Shown here: positions 25,115 to 35,675 of the stretch, one piece after another
Layout: each line of letters opens with the position of its first letter
How positions within the stretch are numbered: position 1 is the stretch's first letter
IMG/VR virus record: IMGVR_UViG_3300028840_008185
Coordinates: 248,001-312,000 of that record
Direction: 5' to 3' (one strand)
Length of the DNA: 64,000 nucleotides
The notes under the pieces: generated by a model
Seen by the model: only the letters and a program-made list of their open reading frames with translations
Database searches by the model: none
What the model was told of the DNA's origin: nothing
Position numbers and translations under genes: made by a program

Positions 25115-28100
25115 TTATTTTATATAGCTCACAAAGGCTCTGGTGTGTCCAGGCCTCAGTCTGTTTATCAAATCTGTCAGTAATCCTTGAGCCAATGATG
25201 TGTCTATTAGCTCAAAAGTATCAATAACTTCTACCCAGAAGTCAAATATTCCTCTTGCAAGATCTCTCACAGTGGCCAGGTGCTCAACCTCAGTTGGGGT
25301 TGTGTCAAAATCTAGCAGAAGTCTCGTAAGCGCATCGCTGATAACTGGTTGTGCCGTGTTCACATTTCCAGTGTAGAGCAAATCCTTACCAATAAGCTGT
25401 CCTGGGCCACTTCCGCCCAAATAGGTAATTGTTCTCATTTCGCTTGAGAATCTCATATTGTCGAACCTAGCCATCGCCGTAAATTGGCCCGTGAAATCTG
25501 CGCCAATATGAACCGTATTGAATAGATCCTCTAGATTAATATCAGCGAGTATATTCCTAGCAGAGATAGTTCCAGCGGTCGCAGAACCCCATACTGTTGG
25601 TGAGCCATACAGATGGCCCTGGCCATAGAGCAAGCCTGTTCCGTAGCGAATAACGCCAGCCTCAGTTCCATCTACCATTAGAACCAGCCTATCTTGGTTG
25701 TCTATGTTGTTCAAATCCCAACCCACCCAGACTCGATGCCACGTATTCTTTTTCCAATAAACGGGCGCTCTTATCTGGAAGTCAGTTCCTGAAGCACTAA
25801 CCGACAACGTTAGGAAGCCAGTTTCACTCTTGTAGATGCTGAATCTATCCCCTTGGGCTGTAAGCGGCACATAAATCACATTAACGACACGAGAGTTTCC
25901 AGGCAGAGCCTGCCCAAGAGTAATGGTTATGCCGTCGCTAGCCAAACTACCTCCAGTGAAGTAGTTTGTATCACCACTGCCACCCGATATGGTCACCGAT
26001 CTCACAGTTCGAGCCCGAACTGGAAGAATTACACTAACGGCAGAGACCGCTATGGTTTCCAACTGTTGTTCAGGAGCTAAATCCACATAGAACCTTCTTG
26101 TCGGATCGTTATATGTATCCAGTATTGGGCTCACCCAAAACTCAATTGTGCCCTGATCGTTGCTGAATATGGATGCATTATCATATTGCAACGATTTTTG
26201 CTGGTTGAAGACTCCAGACTGGCCAAAACTCGAATTAACACTATTCTCACTCTGCCTAAAGGAATCGGAGAAGCTTGCGTAAAACGATGCGCTATTGGTC
26301 ACAGCGTCATTGAAATGGAATAGGCCAAGCGTTTGTATGCTGTCTTCGTATTCCTGAACAACGAGGGCGTCTGTTGTAATGGATCTTCCAGAGCTGGGAG
26401 TAAGTTCTCCACGGCCAGTATCATCTGAAACTTCGTCCAAAATACGCATCTCGTCTATTACCGCATTCGCCTGATTAGCTGAATTTAGATCAGAGCCGGT
26501 GTATAAATTATCTGGCATTTGTTCCCAAGGAACAGTCAAAAATGTTGGGAAGTCAACTTCATACCAACAGCTATGAAGCAGGAATGGCTGCCCACCACTT
26601 CGGGCAATTTCCAAAGTAATCAAACCGTTTGCGAAACCACTGTCGCCGTGCGAGGTGGTAAGTTGTCTCCAAGCCACATTTGAATAGGAATCGGCCCAAG
26701 TTGTGTTGAGAAAAATTGTGTCAGAGTCTTTAACGGTGCCCGACGGATCTAAATCAACATTGGTAATTGTATAACTGCTGGCTATGGAAGCCGGCGATGT
26801 AATATTGATAATCTTACCTATATCTTCGGCATCCCATCTGGAATAGGCATCTGAGAACTGGGCGGTTCCAACAAGCGTCTGGCCGTTTGCTCCAGCCTGC
26901 TCCTGAACTGACAAATGAACTTCCGCATATTCCCCATTATTCTCCTGCCAGTTTAAAGGATTGGCCTCTCTAACTTCCAATGTCCCAGCGGACAGCGTTG
27001 TATCAACTGGAGTGAACGACGCCAGAATATCCGTTATAGAAGTAAAAAAGCGAGTTGTAGTTTGACTACCAACAGAGGTGAAGGTCAAAGTTTCCATGCC
27101 GTAACCGTCAGTGGTATTTCCAGTTATTATAACTCTATTAAGCCCTGTGAAATCAAAATTGTCTCCGGATATAGTAGCTTTAAGCTTTCTGCCCGTTACA
27201 TTATTAGATGGTTGACAGAAATCAAATGCCCCAGCGACAAGCACTGGGATTATATGGCCACCAACGACTGTAGCCACCAGAGCGAAAACTCCCGGATCCA
27301 TTTCTACCTTTTCCACTATAATGCTTGTGATATTAATCTTGGAAATGTCCGTAGGCTGCGGCATTATTGTGTTTAGAATGTTGGTTTGCAGGTCTGGCCA
27401 AATATATACAAGCTGCCTACACCTAGCTGTAGTTAATCCATAAGAACGTAGAATAACACTATCACCGATACTTACACCATTATATATGTCAACGATTTCT
27501 TGGTAGCCATCCTCACTAAAGCCATAATCAGGAGTTAAAGTGTCTGGTGAATACAGCTCAGTCTCGGTGCCGAGAGCATCTATGGAGAATACACGAACTT
27601 TTTCGAAGCTTGGGTCACTTACCGTATCAGCCTCCATGGGATTTACAGAGAATCTTATGCCGGTCAAACTAGACACTGCTGTATAGGGAACGCCCGAGCC
27701 CGCTGGCCCAACTTCCATCCGCAGTTGATTTTCGCCAACAACAGCTCTCACAAATACGAAAGGAGATGTTTGAGTGTTGGTTCCGTCAGTCGTATCATCC
27801 AATATCATAAATTTACTTCCTACAACAACGCCCTCGGTCACAAACTGAGATCCGCCAGAGGTAAATAGATCTGAGCCAGCGACAGTTCTTCCGTCAAAGC
27901 CGCCGATGATTGGAGCGGTAGCCGAAGGTATTAGAATCTCACTAGCCTCGTCCATATATAGTGCCCCACTTGGCGGCTCCAAATATCCTCTAAATCTATA
28001 TGTATTGGGAACCTCTACGCCATCCACAAACAAGTGGAGTTCGTCGCGCATCTCTATTGTGCTAATTTTCCAAGATACTGCAATGTGATGAGTTTCCGAT

Positions 28101-31100
28101 CTTTCCCAATCCTGTATGTTTGTGCTCAACATTTTAAGGCGAGTGTTATCGTCATAGACCTTAAAGCGCAAAAATCCTTTGCCATCTTTGAATAAAGACA
28201 TGCGGCAACGATTTTCTGTGAAGCCAGTATCAAAGAAGTAATGTAGATTGTCAGATGTGAAATCTATCCCATCAAAACCAGCCAGGGCTCCGTTATAAGC
28301 GTCGTAGGCGTCGAAAGCCATATTCATGGAGTCATAAGCATCGACTATGAAGGCAAAGTTCACGGATTCATCAGTGGATCTCAGGGAGTCGTTTACTTCG
28401 TCAATACTATAGCCATCGTAGCCATCATAACCATCTGCGGTCGAGGCTTCAATTACATCGTAAAACTCGCCAGTCGTAGCCAAAGTTCCAGTGAATTCTC
28501 TGCTTTCGGCAATAGGTGCTCTAACACGCAATCTCCACTTATTAGAAGTGGAATCAAACCAAATGAAGTATCCAACCGCACTGTGCAGGTTGCTGGGTCT
28601 TCCCAACACGGAAGTATCAGTGCGCTCTAGCGTAAAAGGTATTTCAATTGGGTTCGCATTGTTCGAGCCGATATACACCTTGTCCGGTTGATATGTGCCC
28701 TCAAACTTTATGTCGAAAGTTATTGCAGCATCATTGTCTATACCGTCCCACTCAGGAATTACGAAAGCTTCCCAAGTTCCCTCACTGAACCTAAGATTGG
28801 AGTTTGCTGGAAGGCTTGCACTTTGTCCGTCAGTGTCGAGCAGCAAACCATCTCCAAACTTTCCAGGAACAAAAGTGGGCAATTCAGAATCAGTATTAGC
28901 GGCCAGTTCCATTTCCATCAGGTGGAAGAAATCTCTACCCAAAATCCACTCTAAGAACACAGACTCGATTATGTTCGGATCTATTTGAGTCAAGCTGCTT
29001 ACAAGCTGTTTAATAGATGGAATAGTTGGGCCCTTTGGAAACGTTTGCAGGGAGCCCTTCACCGCATTACGGTAGGTTTCTCTATCCAACAGCTCCGGAA
29101 TTGTGGAAAGCTCTTCTATGCCCGTGAGCACACCAAAGTTGTCCCTAAGGCTATTTCTCAATGCGCCATAGCGATATGTTACAAAATATGTTTCGTCTTC
29201 ATCTAGCGTGCTGGAAATGCTCCAGTCAAGAACGTTGTCACCATACTCATAGTCGATCAGTATCTCGTCGGAGGTATATGTGTAATCCAAATACATACGG
29301 CCAGAAATGTAGTCAACCAATACAGCCGCTCCAGCTCTAAGCTTCGCTTTGTATACAGCCTTAGCTAAAGAGCCTGCCGTGGCGGTTGTGGTCGAGGGCA
29401 GGTAAATCCTGTTATTGACGGCATCAATATATCCGTTGGTGCCCTGCGAAAAGTAATTTATAGAGTTGTTCAAGCCGCTTACATTGCTTGCCGAAACCAA
29501 GGCAACTAGGCTGCTTGCAAACATAGAGGCTATTCTCGCAGCGTTTACATATAGGCGAGAGCCATCAGTTTGAATGGTGAGACCCGCGCCGTCGTTGTCA
29601 TCGTCTATGGAAACGCCATCGGCACTCATTACGATTGTATTGCCTGAAGTTGAAGATACAACTGCACCCTCAGAAAAATCTATTGGATCTGGTCTAACCT
29701 GCAAATCGGTCACTTGGAAGATGTGATCTACGCGAGATATATTGTCTCTCACTGTGACCGTGTTTCCATTAGTTCCTGCTACAACCACAATAACAGTGCC
29801 ATCTGTCAACGTTCGCTCTCCAGCTGCTTCTAGATCTGGAGTTTCAACAGTGGTGTCAGTAACAGTTCCGACTCTAAATACTTCAGTATTGGAAACGCTA
29901 ACCGACGGGCTCCTGTAAATATCATCAACTCTTATGATATGGTCGTTACGAGTTTTAATCAAACCCCTTCTATACGAGGCATCTCCAATGTCGGAGCTTG
30001 ATCCAGAATTTCTAGCCAAATAGGCAACCCCGGATTCATAATCTACCATATAATCACCAAGCTGTTGCAACCTCTGAAGGTTGTCCGCTATGGAATCATC
30101 TGGGTCATAAAAGAACTCTCGCAGAAAAATATCAACATCAGAAAAGGTTAGGGTGGTGTTGAAACTCGAACCTATGAAGCTTCCTATGGCCGAGCCAATG
30201 TCTGTATCTGGAAGCTCTATTCTGAATGCCACAAATGTTTTACCAGTGATCGTAATCTCTTCGGTCACGACTATCTGCGCCTGAATTACTTGGTCGAATT
30301 CCGCAGCCTCTCGCACCACATCCACTATGTTTGGAGGAGTCACTGAAGAGAAGTATACTTGGTTCCCCGTGATTCTGGTTGGGGTATATATCTCTCCGGT
30401 TGTTTCATTAAATATTCTGAATACTTCTTCTACCTGGTTATTCTCGGTGACCAGACCAATGGTGTCAATTAATCTGTTCTCTACGCGCTCACCTATGACC
30501 TCAATGTGAGTTAGTAGCTCGTAATCAGTGCCTTCTGCATAGGTGTCCTCATAGTCGAACGTAACGGTTGCCGCATTGCCCCTTAAATCTCTGCCCGGCA
30601 GAGAAGCTATTTCGTTAAGATCAGAGAAGAACACATAATCTAGCCCTTCCTGGAATGTCTGTTTGAACTTATATGTGGCCACTGGAGGAACTGTGGTTGT
30701 TCCATCAGTCCCCGAGCCATCTACACCATACACAAACGCTTTGCCAGTAGTATAGTCGATTGAATATTGACCTGGCGAACTGGGCAAGCTGGCCTGATTG
30801 TATACAATCTCAGTCACAAACGCCGGGTGTTTTTGTGTTGGGTCAAAGTTTTTAGCAGGATCCAAGAAGGTGACTCCATTCAACCTGGGCACAGCACCAG
30901 TGGAATCAACTATGGGTGCATGGTCAAAGAAGAAAACTGTAGCAACCGCTTCTACGCTTTCTCTAACTATATCGACGGTTGTGGCCACCTCAACAGTGTC
31001 TGGGTCTATAATACGCCCAAGACGCTTATATTGATAAGAGATTACGAACTTATCATTTCCACTTGGAAATGGAAAAGTTGGACCAATGGCCGAGTTGGTT

Positions 31101-31981
31101 AATTTGATTTGATTGTCTTCTAAGGTCAGGAAGTCATATGAGTTCTCGGAGTCAAACCTGCTGTCCAGAATACCATATTTATATAGGGCAATGTTGTAGG
31201 TATATTCGGTGGTTCCGCTGACCAGCTTAATAGATTGCACTGATATAACAGGGCCTTTGGACAGTGTGATTGTCAGGCCTGTGAAGCTATTAGCGTCGTT
31301 TGCCGTATTAGAAACTTCTTCCGCAGTTACGGATATTTGTTGCAAGCTTACTGGGTCAGACGGAAACTCATCATAAGATAGTGTATCTTGGGTAGTGGCC
31401 CCTGTGACTGTACTTCCAACTCTAAGAACCTGGAAAACACCCTCGTTGGCGAAGCGATCAAAGGCTCCAGAGCCTCTTGTAATCTCTTCGTCCACCACAT
31501 CTATAGAAACATAGCTAGCACTACCAACTTCTCCCGAGTCGTGTGCAAGATCCAAGAGATTTTTGGCGCTGGCATCTATAGAGTCAAAAACCAAACTCTC
31601 GGACTCTTTGTTGTAAATATCTGGAATGTCTTGTAGTATTTCATCTCTAATTGCATTTTCTTCAATCTCGCCAACAAAATATACAACGTTAGTGGCTCCA
31701 TCCTCTAGGAACCTTTCTCCACGCGCCCCCTTTATTATATCTGTTGTGGTTGAGGCGAGGGTAAGTTTGTAGTAAGCCCTAGCCACCATGGGTCGGGTGG
31801 TAATAGTCAATACATTGGTGGCTACAGAAACAGACAACACATCTAAATCTGGCGTGCTGCTGTTCGCGCCCGCGATAGTAACGTTGTTTGTTGTAATGCC
31901 AGTGTCGAGAGTAGCTGTAAACTCTATATCTATTTCTGTGCTACTTTTAACTACCAGCCTTTTTATGCGAAGATTAGCCAT
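25115..31981 (-). CDS. Giant (2288 aa) baseplate wedge-like protein with Ig-like and LamG/ConA-like domains
   Basis: Directly downstream of baseplate J. LRDNFG...RETYRNAV...KGPTIPSIKQLV and terminal LINRLRPGHTRAFV resemble gpI/gp7-type wedge motifs; GTWEAFV, HHIAVSW, LFVDG, IDEMRI, GTIEFWV and FDNMRFS are LamG-like. Confidence 0.7.
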   Translation of the reverse strand: MANLRIKRLVVKSSTEIDIEFTATLDTGITTNNVTIAGANSSTPDLDVLSVSVATNVLTITTRPMVARAYYKLTLASTTTDIIKGARGERFLEDGATNVVYFVGEIEENAIRDEILQDIPDIYNKESESLVFDSIDASAKNLLDLAHDSGEVGSASYVSIDVVDEEITRGSGAFDRFANEGVFQVLRVGSTVTGATTQDTLSYDEFPSDPVSLQQISVTAEEVSNTANDANSFTGLTITLSKGPVISVQSIKLVSGTTEYTYNIALYKYGILDSRFDSENSYDFLTLEDNQIKLTNSAIGPTFPFPSGNDKFVISYQYKRLGRIIDPDTVEVATTVDIVRESVEAVATVFFFDHAPIVDSTGAVPRLNGVTFLDPAKNFDPTQKHPAFVTEIVYNQASLPSSPGQYSIDYTTGKAFVYGVDGSGTDGTTTVPPVATYKFKQTFQEGLDYVFFSDLNEIASLPGRDLRGNAATVTFDYEDTYAEGTDYELLTHIEVIGERVENRLIDTIGLVTENNQVEEVFRIFNETTGEIYTPTRITGNQVYFSSVTPPNIVDVVREAAEFDQVIQAQIVVTEEITITGKTFVAFRIELPDTDIGSAIGSFIGSSFNTTLTFSDVDIFLREFFYDPDDSIADNLQRLQQLGDYMVDYESGVAYLARNSGSSSDIGDASYRRGLIKTRNDHIIRVDDIYRSPSVSVSNTEVFRVGTVTDTTVETPDLEAAGERTLTDGTVIVVVAGTNGNTVTVRDNISRVDHIFQVTDLQVRPDPIDFSEGAVVSSTSGNTIVMSADGVSIDDDNDGAGLTIQTDGSRLYVNAARIASMFASSLVALVSASNVSGLNNSINYFSQGTNGYIDAVNNRIYLPSTTTATAGSLAKAVYKAKLRAGAAVLVDYISGRMYLDYTYTSDEILIDYEYGDNVLDWSISSTLDEDETYFVTYRYGALRNSLRDNFGVLTGIEELSTIPELLDRETYRNAVKGSLQTFPKGPTIPSIKQLVSSLTQIDPNIIESVFLEWILGRDFFHLMEMELAANTDSELPTFVPGKFGDGLLLDTDGQSASLPANSNLRFSEGTWEAFVIPEWDGIDNDAAITFDIKFEGTYQPDKVYIGSNNANPIEIPFTLERTDTSVLGRPSNLHSAVGYFIWFDSTSNKWRLRVRAPIAESREFTGTLATTGEFYDVIEASTADGYDGYDGYSIDEVNDSLRSTDESVNFAFIVDAYDSMNMAFDAYDAYNGALAGFDGIDFTSDNLHYFFDTGFTENRCRMSLFKDGKGFLRFKVYDDNTRLKMLSTNIQDWERSETHHIAVSWKISTIEMRDELHLFVDGVEVPNTYRFRGYLEPPSGALYMDEASEILIPSATAPIIGGFDGRTVAGSDLFTSGGSQFVTEGVVVGSKFMILDDTTDGTNTQTSPFVFVRAVVGENQLRMEVGPAGSGVPYTAVSSLTGIRFSVNPMEADTVSDPSFEKVRVFSIDALGTETELYSPDTLTPDYGFSEDGYQEIVDIYNGVSIGDSVILRSYGLTTARCRQLVYIWPDLQTNILNTIMPQPTDISKINITSIIVEKVEMDPGVFALVATVVGGHIIPVLVAGAFDFCQPSNNVTGRKLKATISGDNFDFTGLNRVIITGNTTDGYGMETLTFTSVGSQTTTRFFTSITDILASFTPVDTTLSAGTLEVREANPLNWQENNGEYAEVHLSVQEQAGANGQTLVGTAQFSDAYSRWDAEDIGKIINITSPASIASSYTITNVDLDPSGTVKDSDTIFLNTTWADSYSNVAWRQLTTSHGDSGFANGLITLEIARSGGQPFLLHSCWYEVDFPTFLTVPWEQMPDNLYTGSDLNSANQANAVIDEMRILDEVSDDTGRGELTPSSGRSITTDALVVQEYEDSIQTLGLFHFNDAVTNSASFYASFSDSFRQSENSVNSSFGQSGVFNQQKSLQYDNASIFSNDQGTIEFWVSPILDTYNDPTRRFYVDLAPEQQLETIAVSAVSVILPVRARTVRSVTISGGSGDTNYFTGGSLASDGITITLGQALPGNSRVVNVIYVPLTAQGDRFSIYKSETGFLTLSVSASGTDFQIRAPVYWKKNTWHRVWVGWDLNNIDNQDRLVLMVDGTEAGVIRYGTGLLYGQGHLYGSPTVWGSATAGTISARNILADINLEDLFNTVHIGADFTGQFTAMARFDNMRFSSEMRTITYLGGSGPGQLIGKDLLYTGNVNTAQPVISDALTRLLLDFDTTPTEVEHLATVRDLARGIFDFWVEVIDTFELIDTSLAQGLLTDLINRLRPGHTRAFVSYIK

Positions 31982-31983
31982 GT

Positions 31984-34900
31984 TTATCGATCCTCAACCT
32001 CGACGGTTACGGTTCCTGGAGCGAGGAACTCGCTCTTCTGCGCTGAAATGCTCAGCTTGGTCCCGCTTACGTTTGCTTTGTTGAATCTTGAAATTGTAAT
32101 TCTATCGAGACCTTCTACGTTATACGCATTGTTAATTATGTCTGAAGAATCTAGCGTTGTTCCCAAAGCACTTGCGCTCAGGGTGGCCGTAATGTTGTCT
32201 GCTACGTCTTGTCGCACCGTTGTCTCTCTATCTCTATAAGCAGTCGCTACAACAATTTTAGCATCTACATCAAGCTCAACCTTTGTAGCGCCCTTCACCA
32301 ACACATCAGCGGTAATTGGCCTATTATCTTCTACGACATCTGTGGCATCCACAATTAGCTTGTTGTATTCAAAATTTACTGTAATCCTTTCGTTTTCCTT
32401 AGGTGCAGTATAATCATAATCTGCGAAGTATGCAGCGTTTGCCTCTGGCTGATTGAAAGTATCAATCTGCATGGACCCCGAAATTGTAGCTCCAGAGTCC
32501 TGGAATCCAGATTGGCGGTTTATGGAAGATATATAGCCAAACACCTTATTGGTATAAGCGGCCCCATCTCTGGAATAAAACATATCTTCGTAGTCGTTCT
32601 CCTTGGCGTAGTAGAACGTAACTCTGAGATCAGTTCCAGTGACTATAGCATTGGTGCCGGTATTAGCAGCGGTAGCGGCCAATTGCACTTCGGTGCTAGT
32701 TAGAGTGGAAATCTCTATTGCGTCTGCACGATCCCAGCTCGAATCCTTGAGGCCATAGTTGGTCAAATCATATGTGGTGTCCACACTTTCAACCAGACCT
32801 GCAACCGTTAACGATACTTCTTCAACCGACTCCACTCTAACTACCGAAATGGTGCTTGGAATGACCGCCGTGTTGGCGAGCCCCTCCGCTACCCTTATTG
32901 GTATAGAAAGATCTAGGCCAGCAGAAGTAGCAGTATATATAGCGGTGACCTTATTAATGGTTGTGCCGACTATCCGTAAGGTTCCGTTTGACGGCAAGTT
33001 AGATGTAGTTAGCTTCAATATCGTAGGAGATCTGCGCTGGTTCGAAACGACAGTTGTTCCAGAGAACAGGTTTTGAACCGGCTGGTAACCATCAACTCCA
33101 ACAAAAGAATTGAACCCATCTCCAGAGATGGGCAGTGATGAAATATCAGAATCAGGAACCAGATTAAAGAAGTCTGCCACATAGTTTGCTCTTACCGTTG
33201 TTCCAGAAGTAACTGCGGTAGAGGGAAGAATTGTAATAATGTTATTTATCACTCCAGCACTGCCGTATTCATCGCTGGTCGAAATGTCAACTAGATTGTA
33301 TACAACCGTCACATTGTCACCAACTTGCGCCAAAGTATCCGATGGTAGGGTAATAAGCTTATTAGCGAATGTGCCGTCGGAAAGCGCAGTGTTGAATACT
33401 TCTGGGTCTCCAGTCAAAGTTGTGTCCGTGATGCTGTGGATGTTGCTTACGGCCCTAGTAACTTGAACGGTAGATTGAGCCCCCACTACGGCGGATTCTG
33501 AAACGAAAGTATTTACCGCAAGCACACGGGTAATTGGGTATTCTGTCGTCACAAGCAAGTTGTTGTAGGCGTCCAGGTTGGCAGTGGTAATCTCATCTCT
33601 TATGTAATTTGGAAAGCCCCATTCCACTGAATCCTGAGCCGTGTTTAAAACGTCCGCAGGGTCGAAATTATCAAAATCTGTATACTGATCATACTCGCGA
33701 ACCCAAATGTAATCAACCTGTAGAACGTCACTTGAAGTAGGCAAAGTTCTACCAGTTATGGTGATGCGGCCAGTTGGATTCAAATCTGCGGTGCTGTCTG
33801 GGTTCTGATCTGAAATCGTATATCTTTCGCCCGTAGTTAAGTTGAAAACACGACTCACGGTTTTTATTGGAGTGTGGTTCACAGTAACAGAACTTCTAGT
33901 GCTCCCGACTGTAGAGTTCTCATTCGTCACTTGAACATCCTGCCTAACTGCCGGAATATCAATCACATCGGTAAATGATAGGGCGTCAATTCCGTTGAAA
34001 GGCCCTTTAACAAGAGACTCATCAGTGAGTTCAATTTGAGTAGATGTCCACCTAAGCTTATCCAACCCAAACGCACTTCCACCAGCAGATCCTGTATCCT
34101 TGACCAACACATAGTTTCCCTGTAAGTTTCCAGTCTCGTCTAGGTATTGCTCAACGAAATTAGGGCCAGAAGAACTGCCGCTTACGGAAGTAATTTCATT
34201 TACGGGCTGCGTAGGTATTTCTTCTCCATCCACAAATACACCAAGTCTGCGCGAGTTGAGCGTCAGATTTGTGTCGGGAGTTAAGCTGCTCTGACCCAAA
34301 ATGAAATCATTGTCCGTATCGGTGGCCAGTTGCGTTCCGCTCTGATCGTAGTATATAAAGCTGTCTGAATCGCTTTGTAGGTTCTCACCCATCACATAGA
34401 TGTCCACCCTGCCACCAGTTCCTGGTTCCGATACTATTAGGTTTCCATCACTATCAGTGGTGGTGATAGTTCCATCTCTGATCATAAGGGGATCGCCCGG
34501 TTCAACCACCAAGGCGTCAATGGCATCAGCCAAACCTAAAACAAGGCTTCTGTAAGCCAATGAAGTTCCAACATTGGCCCCAGCAAAAGTGGCCAAAACC
34601 CTGGTTCTGTAGGAAGGATCGTCTTCCAAATCTGTGCCGCCTGTGAAAGGAGCGACATTGGTCACAGAATTCACACCAGAAACATTATGGTTAATCACGG
34701 AATAAGTTGAAATGTTGGCAGCAGAACCAATACTCTGCGCTTGGACCGACGCCTCAATGGCGAACTCATCGGTAATTCCAGCGGTGTCCAGCTCGTTACG
34801 CAGACGAGTTGCAGTAGCTCTCAGCGAGTTTGATTGAGTTTGTTGCACTACGATAGAAGAGACCGTAAGAAAAGGAATGCCATTTCTTGTGCGAACTACC

Positions 34901-35220
34901 GAGTCCTGAGGAATGGTAATGTCCGTATCTATTGACCTAAACGTAAACACCACTGTCCCGATTGCCCTGGTCCCAGTCCTTCTTGTGACGCCAAAGTTAG
35001 AGCCATAGTTGGTTAAATCCTGTCCAGATAGGTTCGAAACAGATTGAAGGGCAGAAATCTCCCTTAAAGCATCATAGATGTTGGACATCTGGAATGCCTG
35101 AGCATCGACAAACAAATCCCTGGCCACAGAATTGGGTTTGGTGTCCAAACTTGGTTGGGTCAACCTTAGTCGGTCTAGTATGTCTAATACTATATCATTA
35201 AAGCTTTTAAATGTAACCAT
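31984..35220 (-). CDS. Baseplate J/gp6-like wedge protein, enlarged to 1078 aa
   Basis: LSGQDL..YG.NFGVTRR.GT.A.G.V.F, G..AN, VTN..PFTGGTDLEDD.SYR.R, GRVDIYV and the C-terminal LG..L..SDII motif; follows a gp25-like gene. Confidence 0.88.
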   Translation of the reverse strand: MVTFKSFNDIVLDILDRLRLTQPSLDTKPNSVARDLFVDAQAFQMSNIYDALREISALQSVSNLSGQDLTNYGSNFGVTRRTGTRAIGTVVFTFRSIDTDITIPQDSVVRTRNGIPFLTVSSIVVQQTQSNSLRATATRLRNELDTAGITDEFAIEASVQAQSIGSAANISTYSVINHNVSGVNSVTNVAPFTGGTDLEDDPSYRTRVLATFAGANVGTSLAYRSLVLGLADAIDALVVEPGDPLMIRDGTITTTDSDGNLIVSEPGTGGRVDIYVMGENLQSDSDSFIYYDQSGTQLATDTDNDFILGQSSLTPDTNLTLNSRRLGVFVDGEEIPTQPVNEITSVSGSSSGPNFVEQYLDETGNLQGNYVLVKDTGSAGGSAFGLDKLRWTSTQIELTDESLVKGPFNGIDALSFTDVIDIPAVRQDVQVTNENSTVGSTRSSVTVNHTPIKTVSRVFNLTTGERYTISDQNPDSTADLNPTGRITITGRTLPTSSDVLQVDYIWVREYDQYTDFDNFDPADVLNTAQDSVEWGFPNYIRDEITTANLDAYNNLLVTTEYPITRVLAVNTFVSESAVVGAQSTVQVTRAVSNIHSITDTTLTGDPEVFNTALSDGTFANKLITLPSDTLAQVGDNVTVVYNLVDISTSDEYGSAGVINNIITILPSTAVTSGTTVRANYVADFFNLVPDSDISSLPISGDGFNSFVGVDGYQPVQNLFSGTTVVSNQRRSPTILKLTTSNLPSNGTLRIVGTTINKVTAIYTATSAGLDLSIPIRVAEGLANTAVIPSTISVVRVESVEEVSLTVAGLVESVDTTYDLTNYGLKDSSWDRADAIEISTLTSTEVQLAATAANTGTNAIVTGTDLRVTFYYAKENDYEDMFYSRDGAAYTNKVFGYISSINRQSGFQDSGATISGSMQIDTFNQPEANAAYFADYDYTAPKENERITVNFEYNKLIVDATDVVEDNRPITADVLVKGATKVELDVDAKIVVATAYRDRETTVRQDVADNITATLSASALGTTLDSSDIINNAYNVEGLDRITISRFNKANVSGTKLSISAQKSEFLAPGTVTVEVEDR

Positions 35221-35229
35221 TTATCAACC

Positions 35230-35661
35230 TCATCCTACAGTGAGAGAAAACGTCTCTTCCACTATAGTTAATTTTTTCGTTAATACCGAAACAGTAATTT
35301 GGTATTGTCGCGGATCTGTCTCGTCTCTGGTAACTGAAATGTCCCTAACAGCCGCTATGGTCTCGCCAGCAGAAACATATTGAAACTGAGCTTGTGATTT
35401 CTGCAAAGCAATCAAGTTGCTAAGTGTGTTGGAGATGGCGCTTTCCGCCTCTATCTCTGCCATACTGGCGTCTAAGACCTGGCCAATCATAGCTGAAGAC
35501 AGCAAGCTGCCATACCAGTTATGGAACCTATTGGAACCCAATGTTGTCAAGATTGCCTTAACAATATCTTGGACCAATTTCTCATTGTCCCTGACCGTCT
35601 GTATGGTCCCATCGGGATTGATTTTCAAATCATTGGCTTCAATTCTCAGATCAAAAGACAT
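35230..35661 (-). CDS. GPW/gp25-family baseplate (sheath initiator) protein
   Basis: 143 aa; KLVQDIVKAILTTLGSNRFHNWYGS.L pattern; immediately upstream of baseplate J. Confidence 0.8.
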   Translation of the reverse strand: MSFDLRIEANDLKINPDGTIQTVRDNEKLVQDIVKAILTTLGSNRFHNWYGSLLSSAMIGQVLDASMAEIEAESAISNTLSNLIALQKSQAQFQYVSAGETIAAVRDISVTRDETDPRQYQITVSVLTKKLTIVEETFSLTVG

Positions 35662-35675
35662 TTAGAAAGCCTCCA

